NCBI GenBank assembly: GCA_964276515.1
Contig: OZ193909.1
Coordinates: 16,554,001-16,618,000 of the forward strand
Origin: Gordius albopunctatus
Lineage: Eukaryota
Reading direction: 5' to 3'
DNA: 64,000 nucleotides
The notes below the pieces were generated by a model, which was not told the origin of the DNA, did no database searches, and was given only the letters and a program-made list of their open reading frames with translations. Both the position numbers and the translations under genes were made by a program. Positions 22,401 through 33,937 of the stretch are shown one piece after another; the first letter of the stretch is position 1; the number at the start of each line of letters is the position of its first letter.

Positions 22401-25400
22401 CAATCACATCATAGGTTTGCTTTCCTTGTATCTTTTTAAGACACAATCCAATTGATTTCCTCTCTAAGGTGCCTTGATTAATCCAGTGTGCTGTTAAGCC
22501 TAAATAAGCTCTAAATAAATTAGAATATAAAAATATTAGACTTTTTATAAATCATTACCTTCTACCAGTACTCCAGCAGTCTCAGCACTATGCATTTCTT
22601 CTTTGATTTTAGCAATTAACTTATTGAACCTACAAGTGATTCTAGATGTCAATGTCTGTCGACACATGACATCAACAGGAGATTTTGAGAAAGCACTTAG
22701 AGGATGGATTATCAATAATTGAAAGAGGCTGAATTGTGTTGATGACATAATTCACCAAGGCTTTTTCCCGACTTACCTCTTTAGTAAAGTTTATAATATT
22801 CTGGTTAGATTTATCTAAGACTTTCTTTTTCTTATTGTCATATTTTATATTTTCTAAAGAGGTCCTATGAAATCTCTATAAATTTTTTATAAAACAAGTA
22901 ACAAGATTACCTTTAGATGCCTAGTCAAATTGAAACAAGATCTAGAGGAAGTCTTGAGTTTGGCATTGCATAAAAGACATTGCACCTCGAAATTAAGTGT
23001 ATTATGCTGATTATCTTTAAGTTTAAACATATTAGCATATTTCGGAAATGGAAAAATTTTCATGCATGGTGTGCTTGCTATATTTATGCTTGATTCTTCT
23101 ATTTCCATAACTCATTATCATATTAAGGTGTTATATATAAGCAGTGAGAAAAGAAAAGAGTAAAAAATTGGATAAGGAGTACTATGACAACCAATACAAG
23201 AATAATATAAATTAATAATTAAAATTAACTAATTTAATATATTTTAATGAAAATTAATTGTAATTAGATCATTATATGTGATTAAACTTACGATAGCAAA
23301 GATAGGTTCAAAAGTGTAAAGATTAATCGTTTATTGATAAAGTAAATACGTGAATAATGTGAAATATCGCGGTTAGATTATTTTTATCCAATTTCCCACC
23401 TTGTTATCTTCTCCATCAGGAACATAGGATAGCTCGCTATCTTCTAACATCATAATGGAGAACTTGCTAGGAAAAGCCTCGAGCCATTCATGTCCAGATT
23501 TACCAAACACCAAAGATCTAAGGTTGTAATGTTGTTTGGTATCTCAGCTCGAAAGGAGATAAGCAATGGGGCGCGAAACCAAACAAGTATCCCAATCCTT
23601 TTGATTTAAGGTTGGTGGTAGGGACATTTCTGGTATAACATTTAAATTCCCAAGCTCATTGAGGGAATAGGGGATTAATTTAGCGACGTTAGATTTTGAG
23701 GATAAGTGGGAGGATACAAATAAGGGGTTATAAGGAGCTGTGTGAACAAATTCCCAGGCCCCTAGATTTTGTTGGTAATGTGGCTTGTAGCCAGGTGTTA
23801 GTATCGAATGATAAGTTGAGGGTGGATTCTATGACAGATTTATGTGGGTTTCAAAATTACGTAAGATTTGTGTACGCAAAAATGCGCTTTTGGAACGGAA
23901 GCAGAATAATATTTTGGTAATATTAAAGTAGTTTTTTAATATATAAAATACATGAGGGGCGGGCATAAGCATTAAGATTTCATTTTAACATTTAAAATTT
24001 TTATAGTTATGGTCGAGATAACTTCTTAACTATTCTGGACCGCCTATTTGTAGAGCCTAGTAAAAAAATCTCGTTCTTTTCAAGGCGTATAAAAGATGCA
24101 AAGAATGGGTGGATGTAAGTTGCTGCCAGAATGAATTTCACATTTGTAGCGTATAAAGATAGGTTATGTTTTATATAATATTTGATGATGTTAAGAGCTT
24201 TGGTCAGCTCTTCCGGGGTTCCTGATAGGGTGGCATCGTCGAGGTACCATAGGTTTAACCTCAAATTGCATTTGTCTATTAATATTTTGATGGCCATAAA
24301 AAATAAGGGGGGAGGCAAGAGGGTCCTCCTGTTATATCCCCTCAGCTGAATCAATAAAAAATTGTCCAAATTTTAAGAATATATAGTTCGCATATTGAGG
24401 AAAGGCATCGATGAAAGTACTAATAAAGGAATTTCGATTGTTAAAGGCGATTTGAAAGTGTAATTTTATGAAAGACTCGCTGGGTGGTATATTTAAGGGT
24501 CAATCTAGCAGCATGCGTAGCTCTTTCGCATTCCCCTTTAACAGCGAGTAGATAGATAAATTATGCTTGATTAATATGCATAAACTTTAGATATGATTCT
24601 CCAAGAAACTCCGCCGATGGCGATCGGTCTTAAAGTTTTGTTCTGTTTTTGAATAACAAGTAACTTGGTCCCAAAGATTATTGGCCATACTTCTTGAGGA
24701 ATGTTGCCATTAATAATTAAGTTGCAAAACTAAGTTAGTGCAGCGAGTTGAATTGAAGAATTGATATTTTATATTTTCTTGAAGATAAATTTCTTTGATA
24801 CCATCCAAGCCTGCTGCAGAGCCGATTGGGATGGATAGCTTCACTAATTTCCGAGGATTCTAGGATTAAGTTGGATGGCGTAAGGGGAAAGCAATACTGG
24901 GACAAATTGGGTATTTGCAAGAAGTTGTTCATATGATTCCTGACTAGGGGTTAAAATTGGATTGCTCTCCTCAGTCTTCCATGGCCCCTTTTATGTTAAA
25001 TGAATGAATTTTCCTGGATATCTTTCTGATTTTAACCCCTATTCAGGGATCATATAAACAACTTCTTACAATATACCCAAAACATTTGTCCCAGTATTGC
25101 TTCCCCCTTAATCAATCCTCATAAATTAGTGCTATCCATTCCTTCCCAATTGACTCTATGATATCAAACCAACTTATCTTAAAGATCTTATTAAAATTGA
25201 AAATATAAATTCCTCAATTTTACTCGCTGCGCTAACTATATTTTGTAATTTAATTGTTAATGGCAACATTCCTCAAGAAGTCCGACCAATAAACTTTGGG
25301 GTCAAGTTACTTGCTATTCAAAAACAGAACAAAACTTTAAGACCGATCGCCATCGGCGGAGTTTTCGGAGAATCATATCTAAACTTATGCAAATCAGTCA

Positions 25401-27996
25401 AGCATAATTTATCTTCATCTCTAATGCCTCATCAGCTAGGATCCCTAGTTCAGGGGGGATGCGAAATAGCTAAGCATGCTGCTAGATTGACCCTTGAAAT
25501 ACCAAACAACATTACATCCTTAGATCTTTGGTGTTTGATATGTAAATCTGGACATGAATGGCATAAGGCTTTTCCCAGCAAGTTCTCCAATAGGGTGTTA
25601 GAGGATTGTGAGTTATACTCAATATAGCACTACACCGAATCAAATACAGCAAAGCATATTACTCTAAAAAATGCTACCTGCCAGGTGATAAAGAAGCACG
25701 CCACCCCTTACACTGCAGGTTGAATAAATTTAGACACTCGTGACACTCTTAAATGAATACCAATATCTAGTCAGCCCTTAAAAAGGCCCAAATTCCATCC
25801 ATACACTAACCTTCAATTTCATCCCTTGAAGATCGAACGCTTCCTGACGATTCCTCACTTGTTCCATGGAAAAACAGTCTCCCTCTAAAATGATATTTTA
25901 CATGCATGACTTATTTGCCCCCTCTAATCTTAATTATTACCCCATGGCCCTCTTGGAATCTAGTATTTTTATCCCAATGGTTTCCTCCTGCTCAAAATCT
26001 TATGGAAAATGGCGCTAGTTTTATTCAAAGAGAAGGCGATCCCCTCCCTCTAAATATTCCCCCCGAATTTTTGTTGAAACAATCAATAGCTATCTAAATT
26101 GCAAAATTTAATTTGAAATCTTTTTTGGATTTCTTGCCTCTTGTGAAAGACGGAGATAAAGACATATTATTTAATAATGTTTTTTAAAATTAGTATTATA
26201 TAATCTAAGTATTTAATATTATGCTCAGATATATAATCAATAAACTTACTTCAGTAATTCCCCCCCCCCGGCAAAAATTTGAAAGGTTTTTTGATTAATA
26301 ACTAAATTTAATGGGTTAAAATAATATATTTTAGTTACATCAAAGACTTTAAGATACTTATAAAACCTAGAAACATAATATATACATATAATTCTTTTGA
26401 TTTAAATTTTGACAAAATTCATTGTAAAATTTCCGAATATGATTGTAAAAATTGGTATGGAAAAAAACTAGTTTGAACATTTATATTCCGTGAAAACACT
26501 AGACCGCCCAGGAAGTAGATAACTAAGCGATTATTATAATGTTTTTCATTCTACATAATATTAATACTTTTATAATATTTGTCTAAAATTTTCTGCTAGA
26601 ACCCATCACGGTTCAACTAAATTGCCTGGCAAGGCCAGCCAAAACCCTTTAATTGTCCAATTCACTAATGTTGTCCGAACAGAGGGGCCCAAAATGACGA
26701 TTTTAAATTTCAAGAATTAATTTTGTCCTATTTTCAAACATTTTTGATCTGATTCTAGAATTTTAATAAATAGAAAGGCGATAAAAAAATAGTAAACTAT
26801 TTAAAAATTTTTATCATGGTGCCCGCCCAGGCCTACTTAAAAATCTCAATTTAGAACGTTAACCTGCTCGACCCCTTAGCCGAGAGGGCCCAGTAGCGAG
26901 CCCGGCTTTTTGGTTGTTTAATTTTTATTTTTAATTACAAATAAAATGTAAATAAATTTTTTAGCCAGCTTTCCCCCCCCCCCCCCCTTCGAGAAAATTC
27001 TGACTACGCGCCTGACTTTATCTTAAAAAATAATCCAGCCTATAAAATACTTTTCCAATTGTCTTACGAATTGAATTTTCTAATGACCTATAATAATGCT
27101 CTTGAGAGTATTGTTTAAATCAAATACTTTGCAAATTCTATTAAACTTTATAAGATAAATTGTTTTTAATTTTGATTAATAAACTTAGGATAATAAAATA
27201 CTTTTAAATTATACTAGACCGCAGCCCTTGGAGAAAAATTTAAATTTTCCAGGTCACGAAGTTTATACACTGGTGCACAGGCATTCAAATATCGTAGCCC
27301 GAGCCGAACAACTGTTATATACATACTTAAAGTGCGTTTTGTAAAAAATATGTGAAACTTTAGGCGGCAAAAGGGATTATAATCCACGACCTGTGAATGC
27401 TTTACTAAGACTTGCGGTTTTGGCTTTCATTTATTTAAAAAGTTTGATAAATTTGTTAATTCTGACGTAAAGGCGCTATCATATAAAAATTATGATGGCA
27501 CTCTAAAGGTTCACAATGAATAAATTATTAAAAATTTAATTTTTGACGATTTATTAAGAACGTTTTACACTTTTCTTGTTACTTTATAGGACCAGCCATT
27601 AAATCACAATTTTAAATATATTAATTAATTGTCGATCCAGAGCTTTTATAAAGTTAAAGTATTTGAACTTTTTTTTTCATTTAGCCCTAACTCTTCTGAT
27701 CAACCACCTAAATCGAAAAAAACGATCGAAATTCAGCTTCTCAAGTATGTTAATTTTTGTTCTATGTTTGATGTTAAGATTTAACTAAAAAGGTTTATTT
27801 CAATATTTAGGCAATATGTGTTAACAAATTTTGACATTTATTTAATTTTAGGTGCAAAGAGGAGCTGGAAGAAATGCTGATGACGATATTTCCAGTCTTC
27901 GAAACGATTTACGCCCCAAGAACTATACACGAATGGAAGGACACTTTCATAAAACCTCACATAAATAGGATCGAAAATGTTCTCGCCAATCATTGA
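13452..27996 (+). CDS. HEXD: Hexosaminidase D-like glycoside hydrolase family 20 (multi-exon)
   Basis: Exons read by eye: 13452-13524, 13561-13629, 13703-13757, 13826-14023, 14290-14454, 15080-15263, 15786-15923, 16805-16937, 17958-18131, 27218-27331, 27685-27744, 27852-27996. Motifs VHLDLKGAPP, EYEDMFPY, PLIQTFGHVEF, HIGADEV (catalytic DE), WDDMLR, WGASAFKGA, TGWQRY, CELLP, FPG and TIHEW. The true start exon was not identified; an in-frame ATG lies at 13568. Confidence 0.92.
16201..16550. mobile_element. PIF/Harbinger-type MITE family 2, copy 1
   Basis: Degenerate TIRs GGGCTTGTCTCAATATCGGA / TCCGATATTAAGACGAGCG; homologous to 44305-44587 and 58125-58473. Confidence 0.8.
17161..17471. mobile_element. 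Probable non-autonomous DNA transposon with GC-rich CGGGY subterminal repeats
   Basis: Short TAGATTTG / CAAATCTG ends, CGGGC/CGGGT repeats at both ends and an AT-rich core, resembling the hAT element at 50287-52243; no clear TSD. Confidence 0.45.
19233..20094. mobile_element. PIF/Harbinger-type MITE family 2, copy 2, carrying a nested DINE/HINE-like element
   Basis: TAA-GGGCTTGTCTTAATATCGGA ... TCCGATATTAAGACAAGC-TA-TAA; colinear with 44305-44587 once 19333-19922 is removed. Confidence 0.85.
19333..19922 (+). mobile_element. DINE-1/HINE-like (Helentron-associated) non-autonomous element, copy 1
   Basis: 5' TTGCTATACAATTTATGGGC with an asymmetric inverted copy GCCCATAAATTGCATAGCAA (~19788-19807), GTCC microsatellite near the 5' end, 3' stem-loop GGCCGAAGGCC, T-rich ends; second copy at 50933-51700. 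Confidence 0.75.
20421..23427. mobile_element. Rearranged hAT transposon: two convergent partial copies with ~600-bp inverted arms
   Basis: Probable terminus CAGAGTTG at 20421 followed by GTGCG subterminal repeats. BED-finger first exon on + (20966-21187) and on - (22887-23108), differing at 3 of 73 residues. Transposase core on - (CACHCLNL, TPNKTRCNS; 21785-22270). Confidence 0.85.
25040..26250 (+). mobile_element. Decayed CRE-like non-LTR retrotransposon, copy 2 (internally deleted)
   Basis: LRPIAIGG, PHQLG..VQGGCEIAKHAAR, GHEW, LEDCEL and LVPWKN fragments; reverse complement of segments of copy 1, including the 3' end. Confidence 0.8.
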
Positions 27997-28969
27997 GAAA
28001 TCATTTAATATTTTTGATCCGACTTGTTATTTATTGTATTTATATCGTTGTTGTTAAAGTTGTCAAGCTTTTTAAGTATTATTAATTTTTATAAATCAAT
28101 CGATATTAGAGATCTGCAACAGGATAATTTTAAAACTATCTTATTTTATGTAAAGAAAAATTAAATTTTAAATTAAAACAAGATAATTCAAATTATGCGG
28201 TCAAAATGAACGTATGCGACAGGATATATAATTTATATTACAAAATTAATTTCAAAAAATCTTTTAGACAAAAAAATAAATATATTATTTCTTAGGTGCG
28301 TTCGTGAGAAGATTATAATCAACTAGGAGTATTCTAAGACCGCTTATAAAATTATAAGTCCCTGCGAGTCTGCTCCTATCATTCCAGGCCTATTGAAGCC
28401 CCTTAGTAAAATATTCAGGACTTTAGTTTATTAATTCTAAAACTAAGAAGAAAATTTATAATGATTCATATTAAAATTATCAATACGATAACTCGCGTAT
28501 ATCACATTCACTGATGCGTGTTGATAGAAATATCAAACACGTACATGCGCGTGGGGGGGGGGAATAACACGCGCATACTGGAAATTAAATGGAAAGGAGT
28601 AATGGTAATCCGCTATGATTTATATTAAAATCCTTACTGGAAATACAGATGTTGTACATGGTGTAAGATCAAAAGAATCTCGCAATCAACAAACGTACCA
28701 TTAAATATACGTGTACATCAGTATGTATATACGACAGGGGGCATAGGGGAAAGAATATATACGGATACGACAATCGGCATATAGCATACACCAAGGAGAT
28801 GTCCTTTGGATGCTTCTTTCTTTCGTGTCCATTATTATATAAAATGAAAAGGGACTTAAATCATATCCTTAATGTAATCCAATTTCAACCCAAAAAGGTT
28901 TAGAATCTCTAACTGCCGTCTTAACTTAAGAGTTTGAAGCTTTAAATATAATTTTCATTAGCCGTACAT

Positions 28970-29470
28970 ATGCGTCAAATATATTTTGTTTTCCCGAGCA
29001 CCACTATATTAAATCGCTAGGGACAGTGTCATCAGCTTTCTTTTAGTTGATAAACACCATATGTAGGCCTCTTCTCTTTTCTCCATATTTGTCTTATTGC
29101 GAAAATTGGGTCGATTGTGGATCTGCCGGCCACAAACTAATCGAGCCGATATTTCCATCATGTTTTCAGCCTTATTACGAATCCTTTTATAAGCTTCAAG
29201 AAGTGGCAAGTTAGCTTGATACCTCTATAATTGCCACAGTCCTGAGAGTCTCCATTGCCATTGAATAAGGGTATAATCGTGCTTGCTCTCCTTTGATTAG
29301 GATTTAGCACATCTACCCATTTCTTATTAAAATGGTTTGTCCTGATCGTTACTTCTTCTTCTCGGCATCCAACCTCTGCTTCCATAGGAATTCTATATGG
29401 GCCAGTCACGTTTCCTTTATGAAGCTTGTTCATTTGTGTCTTAACTTAATTCTCCCGAATGACTTCGATC
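28970..29470 (-). mobile_element. RTE-like non-LTR RT fragment
   Basis: STIIPLFNGNGDSQDCGNYRGIKLTCHFLKL is the conserved RTE-clade RT N-terminal block; disrupted. Confidence 0.75.
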
Positions 29471-30049
29471 ATGCCTGAATTTGGCTTAATATCGGGAAGG
29501 GAATCTTTGAAATTTTCGTCTGATGATAGTTGATATTTTAAATTCATTATGTCTTCACAAGAGCAAAATCCAAAGGGTAGATTTTTGTGAAACCTCGAAT
29601 GGTCATAAAATTGTTTTTAAACATCTCAATATGACAGTAAATATGGTAGAACAAGAGTGTTAAAACGTCTAAAAGGATAATGTTATTAATTTGCCAATAA
29701 ATGTACAAGAGCAACTTAAAAATTAAAGAAGGAAATGTGACTATACAATATAGTTTAGTAGGCAAAAATTATGTAAATATTAATGCATGGAATTTTTATT
29801 CATTAAATATTTTAGATGGAACATCAAATAGAAGAATTAAAACATATGATATAGGCCTTTTTATTAAAGGAAATATTTGAGCGTAGGAAAAAGAAAGAAA
29901 TGTGCTATTGATTTGGAACCTAATGTGAAACACAATTTTTCACAAAGAAGACATGTAATCTCAGAAAATCTTTTATTCAAAACCACAAGATTGTGCTACT
30001 ATAAAATATGGGGCATTAACTATATGAATAGCATTTCTAGAGTTCTGTA

Positions 30050-30700
30050 TAGATGAGCACAATAATGTGATATTAATGTTTATAATAATATCGGAAAGGC
30101 CAACACCGCATATTTTTCTTCTAAAACAAACAGAAAAAAATGTAAGGAAATGTTACAGGCAGAAATTTTAACGCGATTATTATAATACACTTTGATATTT
30201 GAACTAGTCTTTTTACATGGACAATGAAGAAAATTCAATATGATATGTTAGATAGATTGAATTCATGAACATAATAATTTAAACCATCGATGTATTAAGA
30301 ATAAGAATACCTCCTAATGTCTTTGCGGTATACAACATCAGCCCTAATAAATTTTAGTTCGTTCCTGCATGTTGATTGCTTTTCTATTTTATTTTTGTTA
30401 ATTCCCAAGGCTTCGTTGCAAACACTATAGCCTAAGAGGGCTATCTCCTTAGCCCAAATCAAAATTTTTACTATATTGGGCAAAAATCTTATTTCTGCAA
30501 ACCTTTAGAAATCATTAGTAAACTTTTTTATGGAATTTTTCGGGTTATCTCCATAGCAATATATTGTCAATGAACGCTGCTACATATTCTACCAATGCGG
30601 GAAGCGTTGCTAGGCTTAATATAATTTTGTAATACCAATCCTTTGAATAATATCGAATTTATTTGAAACAGTGGTAATCTGGGATTGATAAAGCTAAATC
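30050..30700 (-). mobile_element. Highly degenerate Gypsy-like RT remnant
   Basis: Minus-strand EYVAAFIDNILLW resembles YxDDILI and is followed by PNIVK...KEIALLGYSV, resembling the LGY/LGH block; heavily interrupted. Confidence 0.4.
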
Positions 30701-30767
30701 AAAATATAATTTTTTACTTCTATCAAAAGCAAATTTAATATAATTATGTAATATCAATCCTTTGAAT

Positions 30768-30826
30768 AATATCGAATTTATTTGAAACAGTGGTAATTTA
30801 CCACTGTTTCAAATAAATTCGATATT
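30768..30826. repeat. Perfect inverted repeat, 29-bp arms with 1-nt spacer
   Basis: AATATCGAATTTATTTGAAACAGTGGTAA-T-TTACCACTGTTTCAAATAAATTCGATATT; the left arm is also duplicated directly at ~30648-30676. Confidence 0.9.
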
Positions 30827-31091
30827 GTTGCTAAGCTTATTAAGCAAATGCCCTTGATTGGTATGATTGAACAGAAAATTAGTTTCGCTGTTTAGAATAT
30901 CTATCTTTTCCCAAGTTAATAATAACGCCTCAAATTTTGAGATTTTATAGAATTTTGTAAGGGCATATTATGGTCTTACTTCTCAGTGTATAAATTTTTT
31001 TTTAAAGTTTATTTGTTAAAAATCCGTTGAAAGTAATATAATATAAATACATAAAATATAAAAGAAAAAATGCATCAAATAAAATAATACA

Positions 31092-31830
31092 CTATTCTAA
31101 TATATCATCATCGAGGGGATCTTCCAAAATTGGCCAAGAATTGGCGAACGATTTAAAATTGTACTTGACTATAAGAATACCAAGTCGTTGTTTAAGTAAA
31201 AAGGATACCGAATGTTTAGACGGGGGAGAACGTCTTCCTACATCTTTAAAAAAGGCTAAGGCCTGTTTGCCAAAGGTGCCTGAACACGAAGCAGCCAATA
31301 GAATAAAGATTTTTGAGGATAATAGGGCTTTGTATTTATTAGTTCTCCGCCCCTCTGCGACAGCTAAAGAATCATTGTTGTAGTTAGAGGGGGCAAATAG
31401 GTCAATACACGTGAAGTCCCATTTAAGGTGAAAACCATTGCTCCATGGGACTAAAGAAGATCCATCAGGACGCATACGTCCCTCCAAGGAAGGGTCCGAT
31501 GCCTCCAAGATGGATGGGATATTAGCTCTCTTCAGTGCACTTTGAATTAAGGTATTGGCCTTATTGTGTCTAACATATTTTAATTTGTTTGCCAGTCAGT
31601 GTAAGGGATGCCTGGCTTGCTCGTCTACGAGTATGCTGCAATTTCGGCAAATAAATAGCTTCGAAAATTTCACCCCTAGCCTGAGAGCTATGGAGTACGA
31701 AAGTTCCGAGTCCTCCAGCATCATCCCGGTGAGACAGCTTGGGTAGACCTCTAGCCATTCGTGACCTGAGCCATCAAACAAAAACGACCTTAAATTAGAA
31801 CACTGACTTGCATCGCTACTCGAAATTAAA
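31092..31830 (-). mobile_element. CRE-like non-LTR retrotransposon 3' fragment, copy 3 (Zn finger + restriction-like endonuclease)
   Basis: GHEWLEVYPS, CRNC...HPLH, RMRPDGSSLVPWSNG.HLKWDFTC and AEGRRTNKY; typical RLE domain of CRE-type elements; 5' truncated. Confidence 0.85.
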
Positions 31831-32625
31831 TTATATTTAAGTCTTTTGTATTTCTCATTACCCTTAAGATAATCGATACTATTTGTTAATTAATATAATA
31901 TTTTTATTCACTTATTATGCGTTCAAATAAGATGTGGATTCTAGGCAACATTAGTAATTGTCTGCCTTTAGTCATTTTTATTAAACAGTCCTTTACTCCT
32001 TTCACTTTCTACCTTGTGAAACAAAGCTGTCCTTCGATTAACTAAGCGCTCATGTACAAGTCGTGCATGCGACCTCAATTATAGTATATTCGAATTATCG
32101 TGAAACCCTTTATGATTATAAAAATTTCTATTTGACTAGATTTGATTTGGTAAATATATGTTTTCAATTTTCCTTCTATCAGATATATTAAAAATATAAA
32201 AATTGTTATTTGTATTGTAAATATTACTTTCCCTGAGTACGTTCTGTATAAACTCTTTAGGACAATACAAAACTTTCCATATATAATATTATATTTAGTT
32301 TATTTAACGTTAAAAATTTGATATTTTACGTTTATTGTAACAGTAGAAAATACGTTTGTAATGGGGAATGCGGTCAAGGTGCGCCAAAGTTGTGTAACTC
32401 CGATTTTTTTACACAGATTGAGTGTATCAAAAATTTGGTGTCCATATCTTTTCAGGACCTTATCGCACAAAAGTGGATTTTAGGTTTGTGCTAAGTGAGC
32501 ATGTGGTTTTTCATGTTGATTTTCATAGATGCCTGTACATTACAGTTTGTTCGATATAAGGTACTATAGGCGATCCCAAGCTTGCGTGATGTGGGATTTT
32601 ATTTCCCAGCCGTTTGGATAGGCGG

Positions 32626-32787
32626 CATGGGCGTAGCCAGGGGGGGCCTAAATGATGAAAAAACTTTTTGATGCAAAAACCCTTTAAAATTAAAAAATTT
32701 ATGTTTTGATCCCCCCCCCCTAATTAAACGGATAAACGCATGGTCTTCCTTCCCCCACCCCTAATCCAAAACCTGGCTACGCCCATG
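32626..32787. mobile_element. Short hAT-type MITE (CATGGGCGTAGCCAGG family)
   Basis: 16-bp TIRs CATGGGCGTAGCCAGG / CCTGGCTACGCCCATG with 8-bp TSD ATAGGCGG. Related, often degenerate copies at ~36502, ~36764-36886, ~39135-39305, ~42523-42665, 47631-47759, ~56322, 57687-57813 and 63027-63178. Confidence 0.88.
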
Positions 32788-33937
32788 ATAGGCGGTGCGA
32801 TGTCGTATTTTGCAAACTGCATCAATTACGTTTTACACTAAAGCGCCTTGCGTTGTCGGCACCGATATCATTTGTTTGGTCGAGCTATACCGCTTTCTTA
32901 TCAAGTGCCTAATTGAAAGGACTAGTGACTACCGCTGTGGAGCGGCTTTTAATCTGTGATAGAGTCTTAGCTTTGGTATCGCTAAACAAATGAAAGTAAA
33001 TATTAAAAGTTGAATGCCTCGTATGAATAATCATGGTGAATAAAAAATTGAAAATACAAGAAATGGAATCCAAGTATGTTTCTCAGATATTCGGCGTTCG
33101 TTGGCTATTGTACATGTTCAAAAACGCTACATACACTACCACATCCGTTAAAAAGCTTGATGGGATGGTGTTATAAATAACTTTTTTAAATTTTCCTCCA
33201 CCCCCATACCTTTTATATGTTTTTTGGCTTAACTCCCCACCCCTTTTCACATCGTGAAACTTTAAGAAAAGTTCGACAGGCAAAAATGTCATAGATTTTA
33301 CAGTCCAAAAATACAAATTCACTTTAACTAATGTGCGACTCCTTTAAATTTTCCTGGTAGCAAGCTTTTATAAAACAAATTTTATAAATATCATATATGC
33401 TTGTCGAAAATATAAATATTCTTTGGGAGTTTACAATTGCCAATATACCGTCAATAAACTGTTTGCCTGTCCCTACGTAGCTCTATAGCCCTTGAAACAA
33501 TTTCAATAATATTCTTGAATTAATAGATATCCGTATTTTATTATTAGAGATATTTCACTGCTATTAATTTGAAACTTGTTTCTTATACTAAAGCAGCATA
33601 TACCATATTAATTCTTTGATTTATGGTTTGATGTCATCGGTCGCTAAAGTTTCTTAAAATATAATACTATTTTATTATATTTGAGAACACTAAACAAATT
33701 AAAATAATTCGTATACCTCAAAAGTTAAAACTTTAATGAATAACCTTCATTTATCATAGGGAGACCAAAGCACCATCCCATTTGTCTTATCACATTTGTG
33801 GTACCATTTTTGAATATTCTTTATAGGGCCACGTGTAACGTGCTCAATTGTAAATATTTGTACAATCGTGGCGCTATGATTATCATCCAAACTTTTTTGA
33901 AAACAGTTTTCCATTTTTATATTTTCATGCTTATAAA

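Larger units (their letters stand above)
18930..25030 (-). mobile_element. Decayed CRE-like non-LTR retrotransposon (RT + restriction-like endonuclease), copy 1, interrupted by insertions
   Basis: Minus-strand fragments LRPIAIGG, LNLWYLDDATL, GHEWLE, MMLEDSELS and RMRPDG, plus a 3' end at ~18930-19230; broken by a MITE/HINE (19233-20094) and a hAT structure (20421-23427). Confidence 0.8.

Noticed and set aside
32350..33360. Possible gene or transposon upstream of the xylosyltransferase
   Set aside because: Slightly GC-richer sequence and a 79-aa ORF, but no motifs, matching termini or splice model that I could support.
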